A DNA stretch of 64,000 nucleotides from the NCBI GenBank assembly GCA_963727485.1, contig CAVSGM010000002.1, forward strand, positions 1,504,001 to 1,568,000, given 5' to 3'. Position 1 is the first letter of the stretch; the number at the start of each line of letters is the position of its first letter. Of the stretch, positions 1-9,913 are shown piece by piece. Position numbers and translations under genes: made by a program. The DNA is from an uncultured delta proteobacterium (GTDB taxonomy: Bacteria > Myxococcota > Myxococcia > SLRQ01). Under the pieces are notes generated by a model. It saw only the letters and a list, made by a program, of their open reading frames with translations. It was not told the origin of the DNA and did no database searches.

Positions 1-713
1 TCGAACTCGGCGAGGATGGAGAGGGCGTCGAGGACCCGCACCGAGCCGTCGCGGTGGAGGAAGCGGTCCTCGCGGGAGGGGAGGTCGGTGCGCCCGGCGG
101 CGACCTGGACGATGCGCTCGGCGACCACCTCCCGGTCGTCGGGGTGGATGTGGTCGACCACCTGGGTGCCGACGAGCTCCTCGGGCCGCGCGTAGCCGAG
201 GACCGAGCAGCCCTTGGCGTTCACGTAGACGAAGCGGCCCTGGCGGTGCACCGCCACCGCCACCGGCGCGTGCTCGATGAGGGTGCGGAAGTTCCCCTCG
301 GAGCGGCGCAGGGCGGCCTCGGCCCGGTGCTTGTAGAGGGCCATCTCGATGGCGGTCTGGAGGGCCTGGGCCTCGAAGGGCTTGATCACGTAGCCAAAGG
401 GCTGGGTGGCCTTGGCCCGGGCGAGGGTCTGCTCGTCGGCGTAGGCGGTGAGGTAGACCACCGGCACCTGGGTGGTCTCGCGGATGCGCTGGGCGGCGTC
501 GATGCCGTCCATCTCCCCGGCGAGGCGCACGTCCATGAGCACCAGATCCGGGCGCACGGTGGCCGCCAGGCTCACCGCCTCCTCGCCGGTGGTCACCACC
601 CGGGTGTCGGGGTAGCCGAGGGTCCCGAGCTGCCGGGCCACGTCCTGGGCGACGATCCGCTCGTCCTCGACGATGAGGATCCGGGTGCTGGCGGGGTCCG
701 GGGCTTCGGTCAT
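1..713 (-). CDS. Response-regulator receiver + PAS domain protein (runs off the window start)
   Basis: Not in the ORF track. Manual translation from ATG at 713 (ATGA overlap with the kinase stop) gives MTEAPDPASTRILIVEDERIVAQD...PDLVLMDVRLAGEMDG...VVYLTAYAD...GYVIKPF, then a PAS-like segment FRTLIEHAPVAVAVHRQGRFVYVN. Confidence 0.9.
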   Translation of the reverse strand, partial: MTEAPDPASTRILIVEDERIVAQDVARQLGTLGYPDTRVVTTGEEAVSLAATVRPDLVLMDVRLAGEMDGIDAAQRIRETTQVPVVYLTAYADEQTLARAKATQPFGYVIKPFEAQALQTAIEMALYKHRAEAALRRSEGNFRTLIEHAPVAVAVHRQGRFVYVNAKGCSVLGYARPEELVGTQVVDHIHPDDREVVAERIVQVAAGRTDLPSREDRFLHRDGSVRVLDALSILAEF

Positions 714-2074
714 CGGGGGGTCCGGAAGCGGATGGTGAACCGGGTGCCGGGGCGGGTCGACATCTCGATCCACCCGTGGAGCTGATCGGTGAGGGCGAGG
801 ACGAGCTGGAAGCCGAGCCCCTCGCTGTGCTTGTAGTCGAGATTGGCGGGGAGCCCCACTCCGTCATCGGCGATCGTGAGCGCGACCTGACCCTCGCCCA
901 CCGGGGCGAGGCGCACGGTGAGGGTGCCGGCCCGGCCCTCGGGGAAGGCGTACTTGAGGGCGTTGGAGGCCAGCTCGGTGACCAGCAGCCCGCAGGGGTG
1001 GGCGGCGTCGAGGTCGAGGTCCACCGCCTCCACGGCGAGCGCTGGGACCACCCGCCCCGGGTCGACGCCGTAGGCGCGGTAGAGGTGGCCGGTGAGCGCC
1101 TCGAGGTAGGCGGCGAGGTCGAGGCGGGTGCCGGCCTCCCCGTGGTGGAGGAGCTCGTGGAGCAGGGCCATGGACCGGATGCGCACCTGGCTCTCGGCGA
1201 AGACCTCGCGCACCGCCGGGTCCGGGTGGCGCCCGGCCTGGAGCGAGAGGAGGCTACTGACCACCTGGAGGTTGTTCTTCACCCGGTGGTGCACCTCCCG
1301 GAGCAGCACCCGGCCCTCGTCCACCGCGGAGGTCAGCCGGGCCTCGGCCTCGATCCGGTCGGTGATGTCGTGGAGGATTGAGTGGAGGTAGGTGTGGCCG
1401 TCGACGGTCACCGGGCCGGTGTAGACCTCCATGGTGCGCAGCTCCCCGGAGGCGAGGCGGTGGGGGAAGAGGAAGTAGGTGCGCTCCTCGCGCCGGGCCC
1501 GGGCCATCTCCTCGCGGACCAGGTGCCGGGGCAGGGCGTTGAGGTCGTGGACGGTGAGGGTGCGCAGCTGCTCGAGGTCGTAGCCGTAGAAGGCGGCGGC
1601 GGCGGGGCTGGCGTCGACGATCCGCCCGTCCTCGGGCTGGAGGAGGAGCTGCACCGCCCGGTTGTGGGCGAGGAGCTCCAGGAGGTGGTCGGCGGCGCGC
1701 TGCGGGCCCGAGGGGTGCGGGGCCGGGGCGAGGCGGAGGGTGAGGATCTCCGCGGCGGCGCCCCGCCAGGTGGCCGGGGCCAGGGTCGCCGAGAGGGGCA
1801 GGGCGTGGCCTTCGAGGTGGACGGACAGCGGCCCCGGGGCCCGCACCGCGAAGGCCTTGCGCCCGGCGTCGTCGAGGCGGTCGGCGAGGCGGGCGCCCAT
1901 CAGCCCCTCGGGGTCGGCGCAAAGGAGCCTCACGGCCGCGGGGTTGGCGAAGGCGACCCGGCCGTCGACCAGGACCAGGAGGCCGTCGGGGCAGGCGTCG
2001 ACCAGCACCGCGTCGTCCCGCACCGCGCTCTCCCGCTCGTCGGCCCTGGCCCGGATCTCGGCTCGGTCGGTCAC
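710..2074 (-). CDS. PAS-domain sensor histidine kinase (HisKA_2 type)
   Basis: H-box EVHHRVKNNLQ, N-box ELASNALKYAF, G-boxes DDGVG and GLG, two PAS-like regions. Confidence 0.92.
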   Translation of the reverse strand: MTDRAEIRARADERESAVRDDAVLVDACPDGLLVLVDGRVAFANPAAVRLLCADPEGLMGARLADRLDDAGRKAFAVRAPGPLSVHLEGHALPLSATLAPATWRGAAAEILTLRLAPAPHPSGPQRAADHLLELLAHNRAVQLLLQPEDGRIVDASPAAAAFYGYDLEQLRTLTVHDLNALPRHLVREEMARARREERTYFLFPHRLASGELRTMEVYTGPVTVDGHTYLHSILHDITDRIEAEARLTSAVDEGRVLLREVHHRVKNNLQVVSSLLSLQAGRHPDPAVREVFAESQVRIRSMALLHELLHHGEAGTRLDLAAYLEALTGHLYRAYGVDPGRVVPALAVEAVDLDLDAAHPCGLLVTELASNALKYAFPEGRAGTLTVRLAPVGEGQVALTIADDGVGLPANLDYKHSEGLGFQLVLALTDQLHGWIEMSTRPGTRFTIRFRTPR

Positions 2075-2198
2075 CCTGGAGGCGCTCCCTTCGCCGGGTC
2101 ATCCTAGCGCGTTCCCTCGCGGCGCGCGGCCCGACGACCGGCGAAGCCTGCCCCGGGCGGCCGGTCGCCGCAACCCCTCCGGGCGCCGGGGGCGGTGC

Positions 2199-2768
2199 CT
2201 ACTCGCCGGCGCCGCCGGGGCCGAAGCCGGCGGCGTCGAGGGCGGCGACCAGATCGCCGGGCGGCGGGTGGTCCCCGGCCTCGCCCGAGGCGAAGGCGTA
2301 GACCATCTCGCCCGGGGGCACGATGACGAACGCGCCCCCCTGCTGGTTGGGATCGCCGAGGACCCGGCCCTGGCGGAAGCCCTTCTTCAGGGCCCGGGCC
2401 GCGTGGGCCAGGCTCCTCGGCGAGAAGGTGGACAGGGCCCCGTGCTTCAGGGCCAGGGCCTGGTAGGCATGGCGCCCCGGGTCCACCAGCACCGGGAAGT
2501 CGACGTGGTGCTGCGCCACGAAGTCCGCGGCCATCAGCTCGGTGCCGCTGCCCACGGCGACGAGCTCGGCGCCGCGGCGGCGGATGTCCTCGAGGGCCTC
2601 GTCGCGCAACTGCGCGACCTGCTCGCGGCAGAACAGTCAGCCGAAGTGGCGGAGGAAGACCAGGACCACCGGCCGCGCGGCCCACAGGTCGCCGAGGCGC
2701 ACGGGGTTGCCGTCGGCGGCGTCGAGGGTGAGGTCGGCGAGGACGTCGGCGGTGCGGGGGTCGGGCAT
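2199..2768 (-). CDS. Peroxiredoxin-like (AhpC/TSA, PRXL2-like) selenoprotein with UxxC motif
   Basis: In-frame TGA at 2637-2639 in VLVFLRHFG-U-LFCREQ, at the position of the first Cys of a CxxC motif. The upstream and downstream ORF pieces share one frame. C-terminal QQGGAFV and GDHP are typical of the family. Confidence 0.85.
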
Positions 2769-2861
2769 GTGCCGGATCATACCCCGGCCGGGGGCGCACG
2801 CCAGGGGCCCAGGCCCGGGGCGCGTCGTTGCCCTCGGGTTTCGGGCGGTTAGGATGCGCCC

Positions 2862-3650
2862 ATGGAGACCACCCGTCACCCGGCGGTGGCCGGGACCTTC
2901 TACCCCGCCGATCCCGCGACCCTCGCCACCCTGGTGGACGACCTCCTCGGAGCCGATCCGGCGCCGCCCGAGGCGCCCCCCAAGGCGATCATCGTCCCCC
3001 ACGCGGGCTACCGGTTCTCCGGGCCGGTGGCCGCCAAGGTCTACCGCCACCTCAAGCCCCTCCGGGGGCGGATCACCCGGGTGGTGCTCCTGGGGCCGGC
3101 CCACCGGGTGCCGGTGCCGGGGCTGGCGGCGCCCACGGTCCGCGCCTTCGAGACCCCCCTGGGCCTGGTGCCCCTCGACCGGGGCGCCCTGGAGCGGGCC
3201 AGCCACCTCCCCCAGGTGCACCTCACCGACACCCCCCACGACCTGGAGCACAGCCTCGAGGTCCAGCTCCCGTTCCTCCAGACCGTCCTCGGCCACTTCG
3301 AGCTGGTGCCCTTCGCGGTGGGCGAGGCCACCATGGACGAGGTGGCAGGGGTCCTCGACCTGCTCTGGGGCGGCGAGGAGACCCTGATCGTGGTCAGCTC
3401 CGACCTCTCCCACTACCTCGACTACGCCCGGGCCCGGGAGATTGACACCGCCACCACCGAGGCCATCGAGTCCCTGGCCCCCGAGCGCATCGGCCCCTGG
3501 CAGGCCTGCGGGCGGCTCCCGGTCCAGGGGCTGCTCCTGGAGGCGAAGCGCCGGGGGCTCTCGGTCCAGACCGTGGACCTGCGCAGCTCCGGGGACACCG
3601 GCGGCGACCGGAAGCGGGTGGTGGGCTACGGCGGCTGGGTGCTGGCCTGA
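2862..3650 (+). CDS. amrB: AmmeMemoRadiSam system protein B (MEMO1 family)
   Basis: Motifs PAVAGTFYP, PHAGYRFSG, GPAH, EHSLEVQLPFLQ, SSDLSHY, ACG, VVGYG. Confidence 0.92.
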   Translation: METTRHPAVAGTFYPADPATLATLVDDLLGADPAPPEAPPKAIIVPHAGYRFSGPVAAKVYRHLKPLRGRITRVVLLGPAHRVPVPGLAAPTVRAFETPLGLVPLDRGALERASHLPQVHLTDTPHDLEHSLEVQLPFLQTVLGHFELVPFAVGEATMDEVAGVLDLLWGGEETLIVVSSDLSHYLDYARAREIDTATTEAIESLAPERIGPWQACGRLPVQGLLLEAKRRGLSVQTVDLRSSGDTGGDRKRVVGYGGWVLA

Positions 3651-3668
3651 GCTAGAGTCGCGGGCACC

Positions 3669-4619
3669 ATGGAGACCCGCACCCTGCCCGGCACCGAGCT
3701 CGCCCTCTCCGTCATCGGCCTGGGGGCGTGGGCCATGGGGGGGCTGTGGTGGGGCGACGACGTCCGGGACGCCGACTCGGTGGCCGCGGTGCAGGAGGCC
3801 CTCGACCGGGGGATCAACTGGGTCGACACCGCGCCCCTCTACGGCCAGGGCCACGCCGACGCCGTCCTCCGGGAGGCCCTCGGCGAGCGGCGCCACCAGG
3901 TGATCGTGGCCACCAAGGTCGGGCCCCGGTGGGACGGGCCCGGGGGCCACGCGGTCTGTGATCTCTCCCCGGCGCACGTCCGCGCCGACGTCGAGGGGAG
4001 CCTTTCGCGCCTCGGCCTCGACACCCTGCCCCTGGTGCAGCTCCACTGGCCCTGCGAGCAGGGGACGCCCCTGGCCGCGACCCTGGAGACCCTCTTCGCC
4101 CTGCGCGACGAGGGGAAGCTCCGGTACGTGGGCCTGTGCAACTACGGCCCCGACGAGGTCCGCGCCGCGCGGCGTCTGGGGCCGGTGGTGGCCCTCCAGA
4201 CGCCCCTGTCCATGGTCCGGCGGGAGTACGAGCAGGGCCTCGAGGGCGCCTGCGCCGAGACCGGGATGGGGGTGCTCGCCTACGAGCCGCTGGCCCGGGG
4301 GCTCCTGACCGGGAAGTTCAAGGCGGCGCCGCGCTTCCCCGACACCGACCTGCGGGCCCGGGACTACCGCTTCGCCGGGATCCCCTTCCAGAAGGCCGCG
4401 CGCCTCGTCGAGGGGCTCGGCCGGATCGCCGCCCACTTCGACCTGCCCCCGGCGGCGTTGGCCCTGGCCTGGGTCCTGCGCCGGCCCGGGGTCACCGCCG
4501 CCATCGCCGGGGCCAAGCGCCCGGCCCAGGTGGCGGCCAACGCCCGGGCCGCCGAGGCGCTGGCCGCCGGGATCCCCTGGGACGTCGTCGACCGGATGGT
4601 CGACGCCACCCGGCTCTAG
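3669..4619 (+). CDS. Aldo/keto reductase
   Basis: GLGAWAMGG, DTAPLYG, ATKVG, QLHWP, PLARGLLTGK. Confidence 0.93.
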   Translation: METRTLPGTELALSVIGLGAWAMGGLWWGDDVRDADSVAAVQEALDRGINWVDTAPLYGQGHADAVLREALGERRHQVIVATKVGPRWDGPGGHAVCDLSPAHVRADVEGSLSRLGLDTLPLVQLHWPCEQGTPLAATLETLFALRDEGKLRYVGLCNYGPDEVRAARRLGPVVALQTPLSMVRREYEQGLEGACAETGMGVLAYEPLARGLLTGKFKAAPRFPDTDLRARDYRFAGIPFQKAARLVEGLGRIAAHFDLPPAALALAWVLRRPGVTAAIAGAKRPAQVAANARAAEALAAGIPWDVVDRMVDATRL

Positions 4620-4651
4620 GCGCCCGCGGCGGGGGCGCCCCCGGCCCGCGC

Positions 4652-6346
4652 CTAGCCGGCCACGGGCATCAGCGACGCCAGCCGCGCCCGCACCGAGGGA
4701 TCGAGGCGGCGCACCACCGTCCCCGGGGCGGCGCCGTCGAGGACCTTGAGGGCCCGGGCCCGGTGGCTCGCCGCGGCCTTGGAGCGCCGGGCGAGGCCGG
4801 CGAGGACCGCGGTGAGGTACATGAGGGTCGGCACCGGGGTGGTGGCGGTGGTGGCCTCGGCGAGGTCGGCGAGGCCCTCGAGGAGCGTGTCCTCGCCGGA
4901 GAGGGACCGGGGGTCGACGAGGCCGTGGCCGGCGATGAGCGAGAGGAGCACCCCCTCCCGGGCCACCAGGTCGAGGGCGGCGAGGTCCTCGGGGACCTCG
5001 AGGGCCGAGAGGCCCGCCGGGCGGAGGTGGACGTCGCCCTCGGCCTCGAGGGCGGCGAGGACCTCGGCGTCGAGGCGGCGGGAGAGCGCCACCGGGTCGT
5101 CCTCGGCGTCGAGGACCAGGTGGGCGAAGCGCTGGCCGAGGCGGACCTTCACCAGGTCGACCTCCAGGACCACGCCCTCGTCCCGGCGGAAGAAGCCGCC
5201 GGTGACGATGACGTCCACCGGGGGCTCGTCGGGTGCGGCCTCGACCACCAGCGCCGGGTCCCAGGGGTCCGCGGGGGTGAGGGGGCCCTGGCCCTCGACC
5301 ACCGGGACCACGCAGCCCACCTCGGCGTCGGTGCCGAAGCGCAGGACCTCGGCGAGGCGCATGGGGAGGACCCGGGCCAGGCGCCCCCGGTCGGGGTGGC
5401 GGGTGGCGTCGCTGAAGGGGAAGGTGCGCAGGCGCTTGGTCGCCGCCGGGGTCGGGGGCAGGGCCTGCACCGCGCCGGGGAGCGCCACCGCCCACACCGG
5501 CACCGGCAGCGGGACCGCGGTCATCGGCGTCCCCTCGGCGGCGGCGGCGGACTCCGGGGCCTGGGCCCGGGCGATCTCCTGGTCGATGCGCGCCAGGTGC
5601 TCGGCCAGCCCCGGGGCCTCCAGGGTGCGCAGGCGCGCCACCAGGGTCTGGGCCGCCATCAGCTTGTCCTGGCCGAGGTAGACCCGGGCGAGGTTGAGGC
5701 CGGGGAACGGCCCGTGGCGCGCGGCGTCGTAGACCGGGGCCACGATGGCCTCGGCGTCCTGGAACCGCCCGGCGGCGCCGAGGTCGCCGCAGACGGCCAT
5801 GAGCATCTCGCCCCGGTCCCCGGCGGCCTGGGCCACCTCGCGGTAGAGGCCCAGGGCCGGGGTGGCGTCGCCGGTGTCGAGGAAGTGCTTGGCGAGGCGG
5901 AGCTTGGGCCACAGGCCCCCGTCGCGCTCGACCAGCTGGGCCATGGCCTCGGCGAAGGCGTCCTCGCCCCCGTGGCGCCGCGCCCGCTCGCCGTACCAGT
6001 CCACCGCCGCCGGGTGGTCCGGGTCGAGGGCCAGCGCCCAATCCAGGGCGGCGTCCACCGCCGAAGCGTCGTCCCGGGCGTCGGCGCACCGGGCCCGGAG
6101 CAGCGCCACCGTCGCGGTCTCGTCCCCCTCGAGGGCGCCGAGGGCCGCCTCGGCCTCGTCGACCTTCCCCAGCTTGAGGCACGCCGAGGCCAGGGCCACC
6201 GCGCTGCGCTGGCGGTCGGCGTCGATCTCGGCGAGGCGCCGGGCCCCGTCGAGGACACTGGCGGCGTCGCCGGCGCGCAGGCCCGCCATCACCAGGCGGT
6301 GGAGGGCGTCGGCGTCGTCCCAGGCCGCGGCCAGCGTGTCGGCCAC
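4652..6346 (-). CDS. TPR-like repeat hypothetical protein
   Basis: Ala/Leu-rich helical repeats (ALASACLKLGKVDEAEAAL; NLARVYLGQDKLMAAQ). Starts immediately after the nfuA stop. Confidence 0.65.
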   Translation of the reverse strand: MADTLAAAWDDADALHRLVMAGLRAGDAASVLDGARRLAEIDADRQRSAVALASACLKLGKVDEAEAALGALEGDETATVALLRARCADARDDASAVDAALDWALALDPDHPAAVDWYGERARRHGGEDAFAEAMAQLVERDGGLWPKLRLAKHFLDTGDATPALGLYREVAQAAGDRGEMLMAVCGDLGAAGRFQDAEAIVAPVYDAARHGPFPGLNLARVYLGQDKLMAAQTLVARLRTLEAPGLAEHLARIDQEIARAQAPESAAAAEGTPMTAVPLPVPVWAVALPGAVQALPPTPAATKRLRTFPFSDATRHPDRGRLARVLPMRLAEVLRFGTDAEVGCVVPVVEGQGPLTPADPWDPALVVEAAPDEPPVDVIVTGGFFRRDEGVVLEVDLVKVRLGQRFAHLVLDAEDDPVALSRRLDAEVLAALEAEGDVHLRPAGLSALEVPEDLAALDLVAREGVLLSLIAGHGLVDPRSLSGEDTLLEGLADLAEATTATTPVPTLMYLTAVLAGLARRSKAAASHRARALKVLDGAAPGTVVRRLDPSVRARLASLMPVAG

Positions 6347-6347
6347 C

Positions 6348-6941
6348 CTACTTCCCCTGCTCGTAGTAGGGGTTGTCGCCGGCGGCGTGGTCGGTGGTGT
6401 CGATGACCCGGGTGACCTCGGGCACCAGCTCCTTGAGCTGCCCCTCGACCCCCTGGGTGAGGGTGACGCTGGCCAGCCCGCAGCCCTGGCAGCCGCCGCC
6501 CATGTGGACGAAGGCGGTGCCCTCCTTGAACTCCAGCAGCTCGATGACCCCGCCGTGGCTGGCGATCTGGGGGTTGATGCGCTCGTCGAGGAGCGCCTGG
6601 ATCCTCTGGGCCACCGGGTCGTCGAAGTGGGCCTGCTCCTGGGGGTTCTCGAACTTGAACCCGGCGCCGGCCAGGCCCCCCTGGTCGACGAAGTCCACGG
6701 TGGCGCCCTCGAGCCGGGCCGCCGACTCGGGGTCGACCCGGACCTCGACGCCGCGGACCTCGAGGTGGAGGTCCCCCTCGCGCCGATCGTCGCCCTCGAC
6801 GATGTCCATGGCGTAGTGGAACTTGCGGACGCCGGTCTGGGTGGCGACCACCCGGATGACGTAGTCGCCGGTGACCGCCTCGGCGAGCATGTCGGCGGCG
6901 GCGTCGGTGAACGAGAGGTTTACGGCCGGTGCGTCTGGCAT
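6348..6941 (-). CDS. nfuA: Fe-S cluster carrier, NfuA-like (A-type domain + NifU C-terminal domain)
   Basis: LEGATVDFVD...GFKFENP, INPQIASHGG, GGGCQGC. Confidence 0.88.
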   Translation of the reverse strand: MPDAPAVNLSFTDAAADMLAEAVTGDYVIRVVATQTGVRKFHYAMDIVEGDDRREGDLHLEVRGVEVRVDPESAARLEGATVDFVDQGGLAGAGFKFENPQEQAHFDDPVAQRIQALLDERINPQIASHGGVIELLEFKEGTAFVHMGGGCQGCGLASVTLTQGVEGQLKELVPEVTRVIDTTDHAAGDNPYYEQGK

Positions 6942-6989
6942 GGGGGCGAGAGGTTAGTCCAAGGGGCCGGGGGCTGCCAGCGCCGGCCG

Positions 6990-8219
6990 TCAGGCCGGGT
7001 CGATCACCGGGACCAGGTGGGCCCAGGCGGCCCGGAGCGCCGCCTCCACCCCGGCGGGCGCGGTGCCCCGGGCGAAGACGAAGCCCAGGTAGCGCCGGCC
7101 CTCGGGGAGGGGGACGACCTCTGCCCCGAGGGTGGCCGTGATCTCAATCCCCTCGATCCCCGGGACCTTTCGGGCCGCCGGGACGCCGTCGACCCGCCGG
7201 AGGATCCCCCGCCTCGGCACCGGGAGCATCAGCACCCCGGCGGCGCCCGCGACGAGCGCCGGGGCCTCGAGGGGCAGGCCCGCCGCCTGGCGCAGGACGA
7301 GCGCCTCCAGGGAGGTGCCGGCGCCGAAGCGCAGGGTCCGGGCGCAGAGCCCCCCGATGGTCCGGGCGGCGATCTCCAGGATCCACGGCCGGCCGGCGGC
7401 GTCGACCCGGAGCTCGGCGTGGATGGGGCCGGTCTCGAGGCCCAGCGCCCGGCACCCGGCGGCGACCGCCGCGTCCACCCGGGCCAGGACCGCCTCCGGC
7501 TGCCGGGAGGGGGTGACGAAGAGGGTCTCCTCGAAGGTGGGGCCGGCCATGGGGTCGGGCTTGTCGAAGCGGGCGAGGACCTCGAGGGCGCCATGGTCGA
7601 GGAGGCCCTCGACGGTGAGCTCGGCGCCGTCGACGTAGCCCTCGACCAGGAGGCGCGCGGCGACGCCGTCGCCTTCGAGGATCGCCGCCACCCGGGCGGC
7701 GGCGGCGCGGAGGGCGACCGGGTCGTCGGCCCGGAGGACCCCCCGGCTCGCCGAGCCGGCGACGGGCTTGATCACGCAGGGGAAGGGCAGGGGCCAGCGG
7801 TCGCCGGCGAGGGCCCCCTCGAGGGCGGCGGGACCGTCGAAGGCGGCAAACGGCGGCACCGGCACCGCGGCGTCGGCGAGGCGCCGGCGCTGGGCGGCCT
7901 TGTCCCGGGTCGCCCGGGCGGCGCCGAGGGGGTGGTGGGGGCGGCCGAGGGCGGCGGCGACCGCGGCCCCGGCGACCACCGCCTGCTCGTCCACGGCGAC
8001 CACCGCGTCGACCGGGACCGTCGCCGCGAAGCGCCGGGCGGCCCGGGCGGCGGCCTCGGGATCGTCGAAGGGCAGGCGCAGGTAGGCCCCGGGGGCCAGG
8101 TCGATGGCGCCGCCCGCCGAGGGGGTGGCCACCGTGACCTCGAGGCGAAGGGCCCGCGCGGCGGCGAGGAAGTCCGAGGCCCGGTAGGTCTCCGGGGAGA
8201 TCAGGAGGAGCACGCGCAT
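6990..8219 (-). CDS. ATP-grasp domain protein
   Basis: RDKAAQRRRL, PCVIKPVAGSASRGV, LVEGYVDG, HAELR, EIAARTIGG. Confidence 0.88.
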   Translation of the reverse strand: MRVLLLISPETYRASDFLAAARALRLEVTVATPSAGGAIDLAPGAYLRLPFDDPEAAARAARRFAATVPVDAVVAVDEQAVVAGAAVAAALGRPHHPLGAARATRDKAAQRRRLADAAVPVPPFAAFDGPAALEGALAGDRWPLPFPCVIKPVAGSASRGVLRADDPVALRAAAARVAAILEGDGVAARLLVEGYVDGAELTVEGLLDHGALEVLARFDKPDPMAGPTFEETLFVTPSRQPEAVLARVDAAVAAGCRALGLETGPIHAELRVDAAGRPWILEIAARTIGGLCARTLRFGAGTSLEALVLRQAAGLPLEAPALVAGAAGVLMLPVPRRGILRRVDGVPAARKVPGIEGIEITATLGAEVVPLPEGRRYLGFVFARGTAPAGVEAALRAAWAHLVPVIDPA

Positions 8220-8320
8220 GGCCCGGGGGGAGCATAGCCCCCATCGGCGCCGGGGGCGCGGCGACCGTAAGGGGGGCGGGGGGTGACCTCTAGACCCACC
8301 TCGGGGTATACCGCCCGACC

Positions 8321-9913
8321 ATGCGCGCGACCACTGCCGTCCTCCTCGCCGGGCTCCTCGCCGGGCCCCCCCTCGCCGCCCGGGCGGCGACCCCCCAGCC
8401 CGGCGCCAAGCCGGCCGCCAAGGTCGCGCCCAAGAAGAAGTTCGTGATCCACACGGTGGACACCGGCGCCACCCACCACACGGTGCTGGCCAACGTCCAC
8501 TACCGCCTCAAGAACGGGCTGAAGGTCGTCCTCCTCGAGGACAAGCAGCGCCCCCAGGTGCGGGTGAGCGTCTGGTACCACTCGGGCTCGTGCAACGAGC
8601 AGCCCGGCCTCCACGGGATGGCCCACCTCTTCGAGCACCTGATGTTCGAGGGCTCGATGCACATGGGCCAGAGCGTGCTGTCCCAGGACACCGGCGGCTT
8701 CTACCACGTGAGCTTCGGCGTGTTCACCTACCTCTCCTACGCCGGCGCCACGGGGATGAACGGCCAGACCACCTACGAGAACACGCGCTACTTCGAGACC
8801 GTGCCCCCGGAGAACCTCGAGATCGCCCTGTGGCTGGAGAGCGACCGGATGGGCTTCCTCGACGCCTTCAAGCAGAAGCGCCTCGACAAGCAGCGCAAGA
8901 TTGTCGACAACGAGCTGCGCCAGCGGATCCAGACGGTGCCCTACGGCCAGGCGGACGTGAAGCTGTGGCGGTCGCTCTTCCCCAAGAGCCACCCCTGCCA
9001 CGACACCCCGGCCGGCTCCATCTCCGACCTCGAGCACGTCACCATCAAGGACATGCGGGCCTACTACAACCCCGCCTACGCGCCCGGTGACGCGGTCCTG
9101 GTCCTCGCCGGCAACCTCCCCAAGAACACCCGGGCGCTGGTGGCGAAGTACTTCGGGACCCTCCCGGCCCGCAAGCCGATGCCCCGCATCGACTACCCGA
9201 AGGTGCACCTCGACCACCCGGTGTCCCTCACGGTGAAGGACAAGCTGGCCCGGGTGCCCGAGGTGGTCCTGGCCTGGCACTCGCCGAAGGTCCTCTCCCA
9301 GGGCGCGGCGGTGGCCGACCTGGTGTCCCTCCTGCTCACCGGCAGCCCCCAGGCGCGGCTCACCCGGGCCCTCAAGGACCAGCACCTCGTCCTCGACGTC
9401 GGCGCCGGCACCGAGGACTACGGCTTCGGCGGCATCTTCGAGATCAACGCCCGCCCCCGGCCGGGGGTGAAGCCCGCGGCCATCGTCGCCGCCATCGACC
9501 AGGCGCTCGCCAAGCTGAAGACCCCGGTCTCGAAGGACGAGCTGGCCCGGGCCCGGATGCGCCTGGAGACCGAGCGCCTCACCGACCTCCAGGGCCTCTC
9601 CTCCAGGGCCCACCTGCTCCAGCTCTACGCCCAGTACACCGACAACCCCGACGGGTTCTACGCCGACCTCTCCCGCTACGAGAAGGTCACCCCCGCGGAC
9701 ATCGCCGCCTACGTGACCCAGCACCTCGACCCGCAGCACCGGGTGAAGATGATCGTCACCCCCACCCATCCCCTCAAGGTCCCGGCGACGGCCTCGGCTC
9801 CCAAGCCGGCCGCGCCGGCGCCGGCCACCGCCAAGGCCGCCGCCCCCAAGCAGGCCGCCGCCCCGGCGGCCGCCACCCCGGCGGCCGCCACCGCCGAGAA
9901 GGAGGCCCGGTGA
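8321..9913 (+). CDS. M16 family zinc peptidase, catalytic subunit, with signal peptide
   Basis: Inverted zinc motif HLFEH, LKNGLKV, WLESDRM, N-terminal signal peptide. Confidence 0.92.
   Translation: MRATTAVLLAGLLAGPPLAARAATPQPGAKPAAKVAPKKKFVIHTVDTGATHHTVLANVHYRLKNGLKVVLLEDKQRPQVRVSVWYHSGSCNEQPGLHGMAHLFEHLMFEGSMHMGQSVLSQDTGGFYHVSFGVFTYLSYAGATGMNGQTTYENTRYFETVPPENLEIALWLESDRMGFLDAFKQKRLDKQRKIVDNELRQRIQTVPYGQADVKLWRSLFPKSHPCHDTPAGSISDLEHVTIKDMRAYYNPAYAPGDAVLVLAGNLPKNTRALVAKYFGTLPARKPMPRIDYPKVHLDHPVSLTVKDKLARVPEVVLAWHSPKVLSQGAAVADLVSLLLTGSPQARLTRALKDQHLVLDVGAGTEDYGFGGIFEINARPRPGVKPAAIVAAIDQALAKLKTPVSKDELARARMRLETERLTDLQGLSSRAHLLQLYAQYTDNPDGFYADLSRYEKVTPADIAAYVTQHLDPQHRVKMIVTPTHPLKVPATASAPKPAAPAPATAKAAAPKQAAAPAAATPAAATAEKEAR

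Noticed and set aside
2637..6182. Very long Arg/Gly/Pro-rich ORFs (e.g. 2637..6182, most of 22592..26194, 27831..30185, 58314..60566)
   Set aside because: Shadow frames of high-GC coding sequence overlapping well-supported genes; only the sub-segments listed as features look real.
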